From NCBI GenBank assembly GCA_964620675.1, contig CAZUJU010000009.1:13943-77942 (forward strand): 64,000 nt of DNA. The letters run 5' to 3'. The stretch comes from an uncultured Thiotrichales bacterium (GTDB lineage: Bacteria > Pseudomonadota > Gammaproteobacteria > UWMA-0217). Below the pieces are notes generated by a model. The model saw only the letters and a list, made by a program, of their open reading frames with translations. It was not told the DNA's origin and made no database searches. Both the position numbers and the translations under genes were made by a program. This document shows, piece after piece, positions 21,294 through 31,463 of this stretch. Every line of letters starts with the position of its first letter. Position 1 is the first letter of the stretch.

Positions 21294-21418
21294 ATTCCGC
21301 CTTATTCGTGGGGACGCAAGGGCCGCGCGATGGCGTCACCGACGTTGCGAATCGCGTACGTTCTTGGTCCGCTGACAGGGGTTTTCGATGAACTTGAAAG
21401 GGAGCGGAGATTTTTCGC

Positions 21419-22246
21419 ATGAGATTTGACCTTGAGATGGCCCTGTTGGTGGGGTCGGTATTGACGGGCCTGGTTTGGTTGTTGGATGCCTTTTGGTTGC
21501 GCCAACGTCGTATGCAACTGACCCCCGTGGCCGACGGCGGCGGCATGCCCGGCGAAGCGGTTGAAACGGATGTGCGCGAAGCCCGCGAGCCGTGGTTCGT
21601 TGAGTATTCCAAATCGTTTTTTCCGGTACTCGTGATCGTGCTGTTGCTGCGTGCATTCGTCGCCGAACCGTTTCGTATCCCGTCCGGCTCGATGATGCCG
21701 ACCCTGTTGGTCGGGGATTTCATTCTGGTCAATAAATTCTCTTATGGCATCCGCTTGCCGGTATCGCATCAGCGGGTCGTCGATCTCGGTCTGCCCAAAC
21801 GCGGTGACGTGGCAGTATTTCGTTACCCCAAGGATCCCGATCTCGATTACATCAAGCGCGTGATCGGGTTACCAGGGGATCGCATTGGCTATTTCGGCAA
21901 ACAGATTTTCGTGAACGGTGCACCGGTCGTGCAGGTCCAGTTGGGCGATTACAGCGACGGCGGCGTCCATGCGCCCGGACAAAACGTGCGCCTCGAAGAA
22001 GATCTGATGAGTCTGCGCCACGAAATCCTGGTCAATCCGCGCCGGCCGAGTATCGAAGGCGAATACATTGTGCCGAAGGGGCATTTCTTTGTAATGGGCG
22101 ACAATCGTGACAACAGCAACGACAGTCGGTTTTGGGGTTTCGTGCCGGAGGAAAATCTGGTTGGCAAGGCGATCTTGATCTGGATGAACTGGGACTTTTC
22201 GCGTAATTCGATTGATTTCAATCGAATCGGGCGAATGATTCACTGA
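21419..22246 (+). CDS. lepB: Signal peptidase I
   Basis: S26 family: catalytic Ser box (PSGSMMPTL), Lys box (KRVIGLPGD) and GDNRDNSNDSR. Confidence 0.9.
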   Translation: MRFDLEMALLVGSVLTGLVWLLDAFWLRQRRMQLTPVADGGGMPGEAVETDVREAREPWFVEYSKSFFPVLVIVLLLRAFVAEPFRIPSGSMMPTLLVGDFILVNKFSYGIRLPVSHQRVVDLGLPKRGDVAVFRYPKDPDLDYIKRVIGLPGDRIGYFGKQIFVNGAPVVQVQLGDYSDGGVHAPGQNVRLEEDLMSLRHEILVNPRRPSIEGEYIVPKGHFFVMGDNRDNSNDSRFWGFVPEENLVGKAILIWMNWDFSRNSIDFNRIGRMIH

Positions 22247-22256
22247 GATTTGAGGT

Positions 22257-22649
22257 GTGGCGATGGTTGCAAGGATGCCTGGCGACGTAGCTCGGCAACG
22301 TGGGATGACCCTGATGGGGGGACTCGTCCTATTGGTTGTCGGCGGTTTTTTCGCGCTCGTGGCGTTGCGGGTGGCGCCTTACTATTACGATTATGTGATG
22401 TTGAAAAGGGTGCTCAACGACCTCGCCGCCGAGAGTGGCAGCGGTGGGTTGTCGCGGCAACAACTCGCCGGGCGCCTCTCCTCACGGCTGGCGATGAACA
22501 ACATCGGCTATGTCAAAGATCAGCATTTTACCGCGCAACGCCTCGGCCAGGGGCGTCAGATGCTGCGCATTGCTTACGAGGCGCGTACGCCGTTGATCGG
22601 CAACGCCTCGTTGTTGCTGGAGTTCGACTACCAGACGCCGACGAAATAG
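22257..22649 (+). CDS. DUF4845-like small membrane-anchored protein
   Basis: An N-terminal TM helix followed by a conserved lepB-rnc intervening ORF, as seen in pseudomonads (from memory). Confidence 0.5.
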   Translation: MAMVARMPGDVARQRGMTLMGGLVLLVVGGFFALVALRVAPYYYDYVMLKRVLNDLAAESGSGGLSRQQLAGRLSSRLAMNNIGYVKDQHFTAQRLGQGRQMLRIAYEARTPLIGNASLLLEFDYQTPTK

Positions 22650-22752
22650 ATGCGTGAATCCCGTTCGTTGAATGTGTGGCGCAGGTCGCCGAAAGTACCG
22701 CCATTCGCCGGTGCGATCCCGCTGCGACGTGATTCAGATCGGTACGGCCCGC

Positions 22753-23454
22753 ATGCCTAAAGGCGCCGCCATTCCCAAACGGCGGCTGCGCATGTTTCGC
22801 CTGCTCGATGATGAGATACTGCGCTCGGATTTGATCGACAAGGCCATCACGCATCGCAGTGCGAGCAAGACGAACAACGAACGTCTCGAATTTCTCGGCG
22901 ACAGCGTGCTCAATCTCGTGATGTCAGAATACCTCTACGAACGTCATCCGGAGGCGGACGAGGGAGACCTCAGCCGGTTGCGCTCCTTCCTCGTCCGCGG
23001 CCAGTCGCTTGCGGCCCTGGCCCAGCGGGAACAACTCGGCGAACACCTCGTACTCGGGCAAGGCGAGCTCAAGAGCGGCGGTTTTCGCCGTGATTCAATC
23101 CTCGCCGACGCGGTCGAGGCGATAATTGGTGCGGTGTTCAAATTGAAAGGCTTCGAATACACCCGGTGTTTCGTTCTCGAATTGTTTGCGACCGAACTCG
23201 CTGCCCTGCCGCCCGCGGAAACGCTCAAGGACCCCAAGAGCCGGCTCCAGGAGTGGTTGCAATCGCGTGGCTTGACGCCGCCCCAGTATGAGGTCGTGTC
23301 AGTCACCGGCGAAGCGCATCGCCAGACCGTGACGGTTGCCTGCATGGTGGCGGCGATGGAATCCCGGGCCACCGCCGCGGCGAGCAGTCGCCGCAGCGCC
23401 GAGCAGGAAGCGGCCCAACAAGTCTTGAGTCAGCTATTGAGTAAATCCAATTGA
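22753..23454 (+). CDS. rnc: Ribonuclease III; start near MPKGAAIPKRRL (alternatively MFRLLDD at 22792)
   Basis: RNase III signature (ERLEFLGDSVL), a dsRBD at the C-terminus and lepB-rnc-era synteny. Confidence 0.9.
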   Translation: MPKGAAIPKRRLRMFRLLDDEILRSDLIDKAITHRSASKTNNERLEFLGDSVLNLVMSEYLYERHPEADEGDLSRLRSFLVRGQSLAALAQREQLGEHLVLGQGELKSGGFRRDSILADAVEAIIGAVFKLKGFEYTRCFVLELFATELAALPPAETLKDPKSRLQEWLQSRGLTPPQYEVVSVTGEAHRQTVTVACMVAAMESRATAAASSRRSAEQEAAQQVLSQLLSKSN

Positions 23455-24365
23455 ACTTGAACGAAATCATTACCCATTGCGGTTCCGTCGTGATTGCGGG
23501 TCGACCCAACGTCGGTAAATCGACTTTGCTGAACCAGATCCTCGGCACCCATCTCGCGGCGACCGCGCCCAAACCCCAGACCACGCGTAATCAGATTCTC
23601 GGCATCCATACCGAAGGCGATTATCAGATGCTGTTTCTGGATACGCCCGGGATTCACGACGACCGCGAGCGACCGCTCAACCGGCGCTTGAACAAGGCCG
23701 CGCTCGCGAGCCTGCCCGATGCCGATGTGGTGTTATTTGTCATCGAGGCGGGGCAGTGGACCGACGAGGATGAGCGGGTACTCGGCCACCTGGCATCGGT
23801 CGCGGCGCCGGTGCTGCTGGTTATCAACAAGATCGACCGGCTGAGCGACCGGGCCGCGCTACTGCCGTTCATTGACTCGGTGCAGCAACGGCGCGCGTTC
23901 GCTGAAGTCGTGCCGCTTTCTGCATTCGAGACTCGCAATGTCAACTATCTGCTACGGTTGTTGCGGCGATACCTACCCGCCGGTCCGTTTCAGTACGGCG
24001 AGGATGAAATCACCGATCGCAATCTGCGCTTTCTAAGCGCGGAAATGATCCGCGAACAGCTCACGCGCTTCCTTGAACAAGAGGTGCCCTACACGCTCGG
24101 AGTCGAGATCGAGCAGTTCAAGGAAGGAGCTGAGTGCACCGAAATTGGTGCCGTGATCTATGTCGAGCGCGAGGGGCAGAAGGGCATCGTGATCGGCAAG
24201 GGTGGGGCGATGCTCAAGAAGGTGGGCTCAGAGGCGCGGCGGCGGATCGAAGGCATCCTCGGCGGGCCGGTGTTTCTGCAGCTTTGGGTCAAGGTCAAGC
24301 CGGGCTGGACCGAGTCCCCGGGCTGGCTCGACAAACTCGGCATGGACGTCGAAGTTCGCCGCTGA
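23451..24365 (+). CDS. era: GTPase Era
   Basis: G1 motif (GRPNVGKSTL) and a KH domain at the C-terminus. Start overlaps the rnc stop. Confidence 0.9.
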   Translation: MNLNEIITHCGSVVIAGRPNVGKSTLLNQILGTHLAATAPKPQTTRNQILGIHTEGDYQMLFLDTPGIHDDRERPLNRRLNKAALASLPDADVVLFVIEAGQWTDEDERVLGHLASVAAPVLLVINKIDRLSDRAALLPFIDSVQQRRAFAEVVPLSAFETRNVNYLLRLLRRYLPAGPFQYGEDEITDRNLRFLSAEMIREQLTRFLEQEVPYTLGVEIEQFKEGAECTEIGAVIYVEREGQKGIVIGKGGAMLKKVGSEARRRIEGILGGPVFLQLWVKVKPGWTESPGWLDKLGMDVEVRR

Positions 24366-24378
24366 GCCCACCGCGACG

Positions 24379-25092
24379 ATGGCAACCGAGTACGCGAGTG
24401 CCGGTTATGTCCTGCATGCCCGGCGCTACCGTGAGAACAGCCGAATTCTCGAAGTGTTTAGCGAGGCGCACGGACGCGTCGCACTGCTGACGCGGGTTTC
24501 GCAAAAGCATTCCGGCGGTGCGCTGGGCAAGCTGCAACCGTTTCATGAGAATCTGTATCGCTGGCGTGGCCGCTCCGAGCTTCAAACCGCCGTCGGCATT
24601 GACGAACTCGGCGCGCTGCGGCTCGAAGGGCTGGCCGGGATCTGCGGTCTATACTGCAACGAGTTGTTGCTCAGGTTGCTGGCCAAGAGCCTGCCCCATC
24701 CCGAGATCTATAAAGCCTACCGCGAGACCCTCGCGGCCCTCGCCGAAGCCTCGCCACCCGGACCCTGGCTGCGGCGCTTCGAGGCGGAGTTGCTCGACGC
24801 GCTCGGCTACGGCCTCAACCTCGAAACCGATTGCCACGATGGCGCCGATCTCGCGCGCGCTGACGGTTACTTTTTTCATCCGGGACACGGGATTTCGACC
24901 CGTCGCGTCGCAGCCGAAGGCTTCGCGGTGGGTGCCGCGGCGCTGCGGGCGATCCATGAGCGCCGTTTCGACGAGCCGGCGCTGATGCGGGAGATTCGCC
25001 AGATCCTGGGGGCGGCTGTTAATCACTTGCTGAACGGTCGTCCACTTGCCAGTAAACTGTTGTTGCAATCTCTTGAACGGAAACGCTCATGA
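24379..25092 (+). CDS. recO: DNA repair protein RecO; start at [19 protein letters not shown]
   Basis: RecO N-terminal OB fold and its position after era. Confidence 0.85.
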   Translation: MATEYASAGYVLHARRYRENSRILEVFSEAHGRVALLTRVSQKHSGGALGKLQPFHENLYRWRGRSELQTAVGIDELGALRLEGLAGICGLYCNELLLRLLAKSLPHPEIYKAYRETLAALAEASPPGPWLRRFEAELLDALGYGLNLETDCHDGADLARADGYFFHPGHGISTRRVAAEGFAVGAAALRAIHERRFDEPALMREIRQILGAAVNHLLNGRPLASKLLLQSLERKRS

Positions 25093-25814
25093 CCTCAAAT
25101 CCAGCGATACGCCTCGGCGTGAATATCGACCATGTCGCCACCATCCGACAGGCGCGGTTCACGCCTTATCCTGATCTGGAACAGATGGTTGCCGAGGTCG
25201 AAGCGGGCGGCGCGGACGGCATCACCCTGCATCTGCGCGAGGATCGGCGGCATATTCAGGATCAAGATGTACGGACCTTACGCCGGATCATACGCACGCG
25301 CATGAATCTTGAGATGGCGCCGAGCGCGGAAATGGTCCGTATCGCCTGCGAGGTGGTGCCCGAGGATTGCTGTCTGGTGCCGGAACGACGGGAGGAATTG
25401 ACGACCGAAGGCGGTCTCGATGTGCTCGGTCAGCGTGAACGCCTGCGTGCGGTCTGCCGCGAACTCGCCGCCGCCGGGGTGCGGGTCTCGATCTTTATCG
25501 AGCCCGATCTCGCGCAGATCAGCGCCGCCGCCGAGATTTGTGCGCCGGTGATCGAGTTGCACACCGGCACCTACGCCAACAGCCAGGGTGAGGAACAGCA
25601 ACGTCAGCTTGAACGCCTGATCGTCGCAGCCAACCATGCCGGATCGCTAGGCTTGGTGGTCAACGCCGGTCACGGACTCGACTACCGCAACGTCATCGCG
25701 ATCAAACGCTTGCCCGGGTTACACGAACTCAACATCGGCCACTCGATCGTTGCGCGTGCGTTGTTCGTCGGCATGCGTCAAGCAGTGCGCGAGATGCGCG
25801 TGCTGCTCGACTGA
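25089..25814 (+). CDS. pdxJ: Pyridoxine 5'-phosphate synthase
   Basis: PdxJ N-terminus ([15 protein letters not shown]) and a TIM barrel. Confidence 0.9.
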   Translation: MTSNPAIRLGVNIDHVATIRQARFTPYPDLEQMVAEVEAGGADGITLHLREDRRHIQDQDVRTLRRIIRTRMNLEMAPSAEMVRIACEVVPEDCCLVPERREELTTEGGLDVLGQRERLRAVCRELAAAGVRVSIFIEPDLAQISAAAEICAPVIELHTGTYANSQGEEQQRQLERLIVAANHAGSLGLVVNAGHGLDYRNVIAIKRLPGLHELNIGHSIVARALFVGMRQAVREMRVLLD

Positions 25815-25824
25815 GGCGAACATC

Positions 25825-26205
25825 ATGGCCGTGTTCGGAATCGGAACGGACATCGTCAGCGTGGCGCGGATCGAGCGGATCTTTCGTCGCCATCCGCAAC
25901 GCTTCGCCGAGCGTGTGCTGGCGCCCGAGGAGCTGGAGGCAATGCTCGGGACCAACGATGCGGTGGCCTTTCTCGCCAAGCGCTTCGCGGTCAAGGAAGC
26001 CACCGCCAAGGCGCTCGGTACAGGGTTTCGCGACGGCCTGCGCTACAGCGACATTACGGTACAGCATACGCCACTCGGGCAGCCCCGTTTGCGCTGTTTC
26101 GGCCGTGCCGCGAATCTGCTGACTCTGCACGGGGTAACGGCGACCCATCTTTCGATCTCCGATGAACGTGACTTCGCGGTCGCCTTCGTCGTCCTGGAGC
26201 GCTAG
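25825..26205 (+). CDS. acpS: Holo-[acyl-carrier-protein] synthase; start at MAVFGIGTDIV
   Basis: The GIGTDIV motif typical of AcpS and pdxJ-acpS synteny. Confidence 0.85.
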   Translation: MAVFGIGTDIVSVARIERIFRRHPQRFAERVLAPEELEAMLGTNDAVAFLAKRFAVKEATAKALGTGFRDGLRYSDITVQHTPLGQPRLRCFGRAANLLTLHGVTATHLSISDERDFAVAFVVLER

Positions 26206-26210
26206 TTTCA

Positions 26211-27104
26211 ATGTCTTATCCAACAATCGAAGCCCTGATCGGTAATACCCCGCTGGCTCGCCTGCAACGCCTCGGTGCCGCTTCGGACAACACCCTGCTG
26301 GTCAAGCTCGAAGGGCAAAATCCCGCCGGGTCGGTCAAGGATCGCCCAGCATACAGCATGATTCGGCGCGCCCAGGAACGCGGTGAGATTCGTCCCGGTG
26401 ATCGCTTGATCGAAGCGACCAGCGGTAATACCGGGATCGCCCTGGCAATGGTCGCCGCGATTCTCGGTTATCGAATGACCCTGATCATGCCCGAGACGAT
26501 GAGCCTCGAACGGCGCGCGAGTATGGCCGCTTACGGCGCGGAACTGCTGCTCGTGACCAAGGATGAAGGGATGGAAGGCGCGCGCGATTTGGCATTGCGC
26601 ATGCAGGCCGAGGGCCAGGGGCGGGTTCTCGATCAATTCGCCAACCCCGACAATCCGCGAGCCCACTACGAAACCACCGGCCCCGAGATCTGGCGTGATA
26701 CCGCCGGTGGCATCACGCATTTTGTCAGCTCGATGGGAACCACCGGGACCATCATGGGCACCGGACGTTTTTTGAAAGAGCAATCCGCGGCGGTTCAGAT
26801 CGTAGGGGTACACCCGGCCGAGGGTGCGAGCATCCCGGGGATCCGCAAGTGGCCGGAGGCCTATCTGCCGCGGATTTATCAAGCCGCAGGGGTGGATCGG
26901 ATTCTCGAGGTGACTCAGGACGAGGCCGAGACCACGATGCGTCGCCTGGCCAAGGAAGAGGGCATCTTCTGTGGCGTATCGTCCGGTGGGGCGGTCGCCG
27001 CGATGCTGCGTCTCGCCACCGAACTCAAGGGTGCAACGCTCGTCGCGATCATCTGCGACCGCGGTGATCGTTATATTTCGACCGGGGTCTTTCCGCCATG
27101 TTGA
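26211..27104 (+). CDS. cysM: Cysteine synthase (CysM-like, PLP-dependent)
   Basis: PLP lysine motif (SVKDRPA) and a GNTG glycine loop (SGNTGIALAMVAA). Confidence 0.85.
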   Translation: MSYPTIEALIGNTPLARLQRLGAASDNTLLVKLEGQNPAGSVKDRPAYSMIRRAQERGEIRPGDRLIEATSGNTGIALAMVAAILGYRMTLIMPETMSLERRASMAAYGAELLLVTKDEGMEGARDLALRMQAEGQGRVLDQFANPDNPRAHYETTGPEIWRDTAGGITHFVSSMGTTGTIMGTGRFLKEQSAAVQIVGVHPAEGASIPGIRKWPEAYLPRIYQAAGVDRILEVTQDEAETTMRRLAKEEGIFCGVSSGGAVAAMLRLATELKGATLVAIICDRGDRYISTGVFPPC

Positions 27105-27877
27105 ATGTACTGGTGTTCGATATCGAGACGGTGCCCGACGTTGACGGGGGGCGCCGGCTTTATGGGCTGGACGGGCTCGACGACGAACGCACCGCCCAGG
27201 CGCTGTTCAGCTTGCGCCAGCAGAAAACCGGCTCCGAGTTCCTTGCCCTGCATTTGCAACGGATCGTTGCGATTTCGGTGGTGTTGCGCACGCGGGATCA
27301 ATTCAAGGTCTGGTCACTCGGTGACGAGGACGCCTCCGAGGCCGAGCTGCTGCGCCGTTTCTTCGACGGGATCGAGCGCTATACCCCAACATTGGTCTCA
27401 TGGAACGGCGCCGGTTTCGATCTGCCGGTGATCCATTATCGCGCGCTGTTGCACGGAGTCGCCGCGCCGCGGTACTGGGATACGGGAGAGGAGGATTCGT
27501 CCTTTCGCTTCAACAACTATCTCAATCGGTTTCAGTGGCGCCACACCGACTTGATGGATGTGCTGGCGCTTTATCAGCTGCGGGCTGCCGCGCCGCTTGA
27601 TGAGATCGCAACCCTGCTAGGCTTTCCGGGCAAGATGGGGATGAGCGGGGCGAAGGTCTGGGACGCGTTTCTGCAGGGCGAAATCCGGGAGATTCGCAAT
27701 TACTGCGAGACCGATGTCCTCAATACCTATCTCGTTTACCTGCGATTCGAACGTTTACGCGGGCACCTCACCGCCGAGGACTGTCAGCGCGAGTGCGATC
27801 TGGTGCGCGATCATCTGCGCGCGGCCGATAAGCCGCACCTGCTCGCGTTCGAACAAGCCTGGCGGAATATCGCTTGA
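27098..27877 (+). CDS. Predicted 3'-5' exonuclease (RNase H-like fold, related to the PolB exonuclease domain)
   Basis: DEDD-type exonuclease N-terminus (MLNVLVFDIETVPD) and a second acidic motif (SWNGAGFDLPV). Overlaps the cysM stop and the rlmD start. Confidence 0.6.
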   Translation: MLNVLVFDIETVPDVDGGRRLYGLDGLDDERTAQALFSLRQQKTGSEFLALHLQRIVAISVVLRTRDQFKVWSLGDEDASEAELLRRFFDGIERYTPTLVSWNGAGFDLPVIHYRALLHGVAAPRYWDTGEEDSSFRFNNYLNRFQWRHTDLMDVLALYQLRAAAPLDEIATLLGFPGKMGMSGAKVWDAFLQGEIREIRNYCETDVLNTYLVYLRFERLRGHLTAEDCQRECDLVRDHLRAADKPHLLAFEQAWRNIA

Positions 27878-29193
27878 GAAAGACCCGCCCGCCCGGGCCG
27901 CCCTATGAGGTCGAGATTGCGTCACTGGCGCAGGACGGCCGTGGTGTCGCGCGCCGGGACGGCAAGGCGGTGTTTGTCGACGGTGCCTTGCCGGGTGAGC
28001 GGGTCTTGGTTCAGCCGGTTGCGCTGCACCGTCAATACGACGAGGCCGTCACCGAGCAGGTGCTGGCGCCATCGCCGGACCGGGTCGAGCCCCGCTGTGC
28101 GCACTTCAAACTCTGCGGTGGGTGCAGCTTGCAGCATCTGCGTTCGGAGCGGCAGATCGAGTTCAAGCAGCAAGCGTTGCTTGATGCGCTGACCCATATC
28201 GGCAAGATCGCGCCGAAAACGGTGCTCGCGCCGCTGCTCGGCCCGGCCTGGGGTTATCGGCGTAAGGCGCGTCTCGGGATGCGGTTTGTGCGCAAGATGG
28301 GGCGAATCGCGATCGGCTTTCGCGAAAAGCACTCCCATTTTGTGACCGATGTCCAAGCGTGTCCGATCCTCGATGCGGCGGTGGGTGACCAGATCGGTGC
28401 GCTCGGCGAGTTGGTGGGGCGCTTGGAAAGGCCGGATAGGATACCGCAGATCGAAATCACCGTGGCCGATCAAGGAGTCGCGCTCGTGATCCGTCATTTG
28501 CAGCCGTTGAGCGCGGCGGATCGGACGCAAATCGAGGCATTTGCCGCGCCGCGCGACTACGCCGTTTATCTCCAGGCAGGTGCGCTGGAGAGCACGATTG
28601 CGCTGCGGGCACCTGCTGCGGGCCTGACTTACACGCATCCGGCGTACGGTTTGCGGCTCGCAGTTCACCCGCAGGACTTTATGCAGGTCAACGCCGAGAT
28701 CAATCGCACGATGGTGCCGTTGGTGCTCGATCTGCTTGCACCCGGTCGCGACGAGGCGGTGCTGGATTTGTTCTGTGGACTCGGGAACTTCACGCTGCCG
28801 CTTGCCACGCTCGCAGCCAGTGTTGTCGGCGTGGAGGCATCGGCGGAGATGGTTCGGCGGGCACGGGCCAATGCCGAGGCGAACGCTCTGAGCAACGCGA
28901 CCTTTCACACCGCCGATCTGTTTGGCGAGATTCGCCACGAAGGGTGGGCGCGGGCGCGATTCGACAAGATTCTGCTCGATCCGCCACGCAGCGGTGCCAA
29001 GGATCTCACGCGAAAACTGGGTTCGTTTCGCGCGCGGCGCATCGTTTACGTTTCATGCCATCCCGGTACGCTGGCCCGGGATGCGAGTGAACTGGTGCAC
29101 GGCCAGGGCTACCGCCTGAGCGCCGCGGGCGTGCTCGATATGTTTCCGCACACCGCGCATGTCGAATCGGTCGCGGTATTCGATCGCAATTGA
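27874..29193 (+). CDS. rlmD: 23S rRNA (uracil1939-C5)-methyltransferase RlmD/RumA
   Basis: TRAM domain, a 4Fe-4S Cys cluster (CAHFKLCGGCSLQH) and a SAM-methyltransferase domain (DLFCGLGNFTLPLA). Confidence 0.85.
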   Translation: MRKTRPPGPPYEVEIASLAQDGRGVARRDGKAVFVDGALPGERVLVQPVALHRQYDEAVTEQVLAPSPDRVEPRCAHFKLCGGCSLQHLRSERQIEFKQQALLDALTHIGKIAPKTVLAPLLGPAWGYRRKARLGMRFVRKMGRIAIGFREKHSHFVTDVQACPILDAAVGDQIGALGELVGRLERPDRIPQIEITVADQGVALVIRHLQPLSAADRTQIEAFAAPRDYAVYLQAGALESTIALRAPAAGLTYTHPAYGLRLAVHPQDFMQVNAEINRTMVPLVLDLLAPGRDEAVLDLFCGLGNFTLPLATLAASVVGVEASAEMVRRARANAEANALSNATFHTADLFGEIRHEGWARARFDKILLDPPRSGAKDLTRKLGSFRARRIVYVSCHPGTLARDASELVHGQGYRLSAAGVLDMFPHTAHVESVAVFDRN

Positions 29194-29217
29194 GCAAAGT
29201 CGGTCGACCGCGTTAAC

Positions 29218-29356
29218 TTTCATGGCGATGGCACCGCCCCGGAGGATGAAAGCCGCTCCGGGCCGGCCAGGCGGGAGACGCCGTGAATCCATCCATGGAG
29301 GCTCGGCAGCCGCCTCCCTGCGGCCGACGCGCCCGTCTGGCCAACCCGGAGCGGCA
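29218..29356. repeat. Copy B of the structured repeat of about 135 nt, between convergent rlmD and the PPIase gene
   Basis: Aligns end to end with 1045-1178. Stem GGCCAGGCGGG (29265-29275) pairs with CCCGTCTGGCC (29332-29342), with the single G-U wobble at a different position from copy A. Confidence 0.55.
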
Positions 29357-29428
29357 GTCGTTCGTTCACGTTAAAGAACGCGGCCGGCCGATTTCAGTCG
29401 AATGATACGAAACGGAAACCGCGGGGCG

Positions 29429-30346
29429 TTACTTTTCGGTCGACGCGTCCGGTTTGCCTGCGGGCTCCGGTGCGGCATCCGAGGGCGCCGCCGCGTCGGC
29501 CTTCGCCTCGATCACGTCAATCTTCGCCGCCTGGCGCAGTGCACCGATATAGCCTTGCATCGCCTTGTTGGTCACGACCATTTCGAGCTGGTCCTTGACC
29601 TCGTCGAATTTTGGCGGATCGCCGACTTTGACGTCATCGAGCTGGATGATGTGCCAGCCGAACTGGCTGCGTACCGGAGTTTCGGTGAATTTGCCTTTCT
29701 CCAGGCCTTGCGTGGCTTCGCCAAATTCGGGCACCACCGCGCTGAGGGGGAACCAGCCCAGATCGCCGCCTTCTGCCGCGCTGGGATCCTTCGACTGGTC
29801 CTTCGCGAGAGCCTCAAACGATTTGCCGGCCTTGAGATCGGCGATGATGGCCTTGGCCGCGTCTTCCTCGTCGACCAGGATATGGCGCGCCTTGTATTCC
29901 TTGAGGTCGAGCTCCTTGATCTGATTGTCGTACTCCTGCTTGAGCACGGCGTCGCTAAAGTCGATCGATTTGCGCTGTTCGCCGATCATGGCGCTGACCA
30001 GAAGCTCATCGCGACGCTTTTCGAGATCGAACTTGAACTCGGCCCGTTCGGCGATCCCTTTGGCGAGGGCGTCCTGTTTGACCAGTTCGCGATTGATCAT
30101 CTCATTGAGCACCAGCGACGGATCGGTGGATTCCGGCGTCCCGGCGAGGGTTTTGGCATTGAGGAATTCGCTAAATGCCTGCAGTGTGATCGGGCGCGAA
30201 TTGACGGTGGCGATCACGTCGCCACCGACCTCCGCCGATGCATTGCGCTCGGATTCGACGGCGGCGGGTGACGAGGCTTGGTCGCACCCACTGAGGGTGA
30301 ATGCCAACAACGCCGCGAGCGCGGACGCGGGGATTGCATAATTCAT
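29429..30346 (-). CDS. PpiC/parvulin-type peptidyl-prolyl isomerase lipoprotein (SurA-like)
   Basis: Lipobox (LSGC) and a parvulin domain (ARHILV, GGDLGWF, FGWHIIQL). Confidence 0.75.
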   Translation of the reverse strand: MNYAIPASALAALLAFTLSGCDQASSPAAVESERNASAEVGGDVIATVNSRPITLQAFSEFLNAKTLAGTPESTDPSLVLNEMINRELVKQDALAKGIAERAEFKFDLEKRRDELLVSAMIGEQRKSIDFSDAVLKQEYDNQIKELDLKEYKARHILVDEEDAAKAIIADLKAGKSFEALAKDQSKDPSAAEGGDLGWFPLSAVVPEFGEATQGLEKGKFTETPVRSQFGWHIIQLDDVKVGDPPKFDEVKDQLEMVVTNKAMQGYIGALRQAAKIDVIEAKADAAAPSDAAPEPAGKPDASTEK

Positions 30347-30381
30347 GCGGTAACCTCTTGGTAAGATTGGATAAGAACGGG

Positions 30382-30681
30382 TCAGGGGAGTACTTTCTTG
30401 AACGGCTTGACGGTCACCCGGGCATAGACGCCGGCGCTGACGTAGGGGTCGCTATCGGCCCATGCCTTGGCGCGCTCCAGGGACGGAAATTCGGCGACGA
30501 TCAGACTGCCACTGAACCCGGCCGGGCCTGGATCGTTGGAGTCGACCAGCGGGTTTGGACCGGCCAAAAGCAAGTGGCCCTGTTCCTGCAGCGCCTGGAG
30601 CCGTTCGAGATGCGCCGGCCGCGCGTTGAGCCTCGCCGACAGGCTATCGGCGACATCTTCGCCGACAATCATGTATAACAT
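30382..30681 (-). CDS. yciI: YciI-family protein; start at MLYMIVGED
   Basis: About 99 aa with the YciI-like motif [23 protein letters not shown]. Divergent from yciO. Confidence 0.7.
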   Translation of the reverse strand: MLYMIVGEDVADSLSARLNARPAHLERLQALQEQGHLLLAGPNPLVDSNDPGPAGFSGSLIVAEFPSLERAKAWADSDPYVSAGVYARVTVKPFKKVLP

Positions 30682-30806
30682 CGCACTCAATCCCGTTGAA
30701 AAATCCGCGCCATCATACCCTAAGCCCATCCGTGAGGCATTGGGGTTTGAGATTCGCGGTTTCGGCCATTATCATCAAGCGCTCGACCGCCAACGATACC
30801 CACCCC

Positions 30807-31433
30807 ATGAGTCAATTCTTCGAGATCCACCCGGAGAATCCACAGCTACGCTTGATTCGTCAGGCCGTCTCGATCGTCACCAATGGCGGCGTGGTGGTGT
30901 ATCCCACCGATTCCTGTTACGCGTTGGGTTGTCTGATCGGCGACAAGGACGCAATGGAGCGTATTCGGCGTATCCGCAAGGTGGGCAAAGACCACCACTT
31001 CACCCTGATGTGCCGGGATCTGTCCGAGATCTCCAGCTACGCCAAGATCGACAACGACGCATTTCGGCTGATGCGCAGTCTGACACCCGGACCGTACACG
31101 TTCATCCTGAATGCGACGCGCGAGGTGCCCAAGCGTCTGCAACATCCCAAACGCAAGACCATCGGCATCCGGGTCCCGGACAATCCGATTGCGCTCGCGC
31201 TGCTGGAGGAGTTGGGGCAGCCCTTGCTCAGTAGCACGCTGATCCTGCCGGAGACCGATCTGCCGCTGACTGACCCTTACCAGATCCGGATCCTGCTGGA
31301 GCACGAGGTCGATCTCGTGATCGACGGCGGCTTCTGTGATATCGATCCCAGCACCGTCATCGACATGACCACCGGCATGCCGGAAGTGGTGCGTCTCGGC
31401 AAGGGTTCGATCGATTGGCTGGAACGACATTGA
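30807..31433 (+). CDS. yciO: L-threonylcarbamoyladenylate synthase-like protein, YrdC/YciO/Sua5 family; start at MSQFFEIHP
   Basis: YrdC-domain motifs (VVVYPTDSCYALGC, KDHHFTLMCRD). Confidence 0.8.
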   Translation: MSQFFEIHPENPQLRLIRQAVSIVTNGGVVVYPTDSCYALGCLIGDKDAMERIRRIRKVGKDHHFTLMCRDLSEISSYAKIDNDAFRLMRSLTPGPYTFILNATREVPKRLQHPKRKTIGIRVPDNPIALALLEELGQPLLSSTLILPETDLPLTDPYQIRILLEHEVDLVIDGGFCDIDPSTVIDMTTGMPEVVRLGKGSIDWLERH

Positions 31434-31463
31434 ACATACACCTACGCGGGACGGATCACGACC

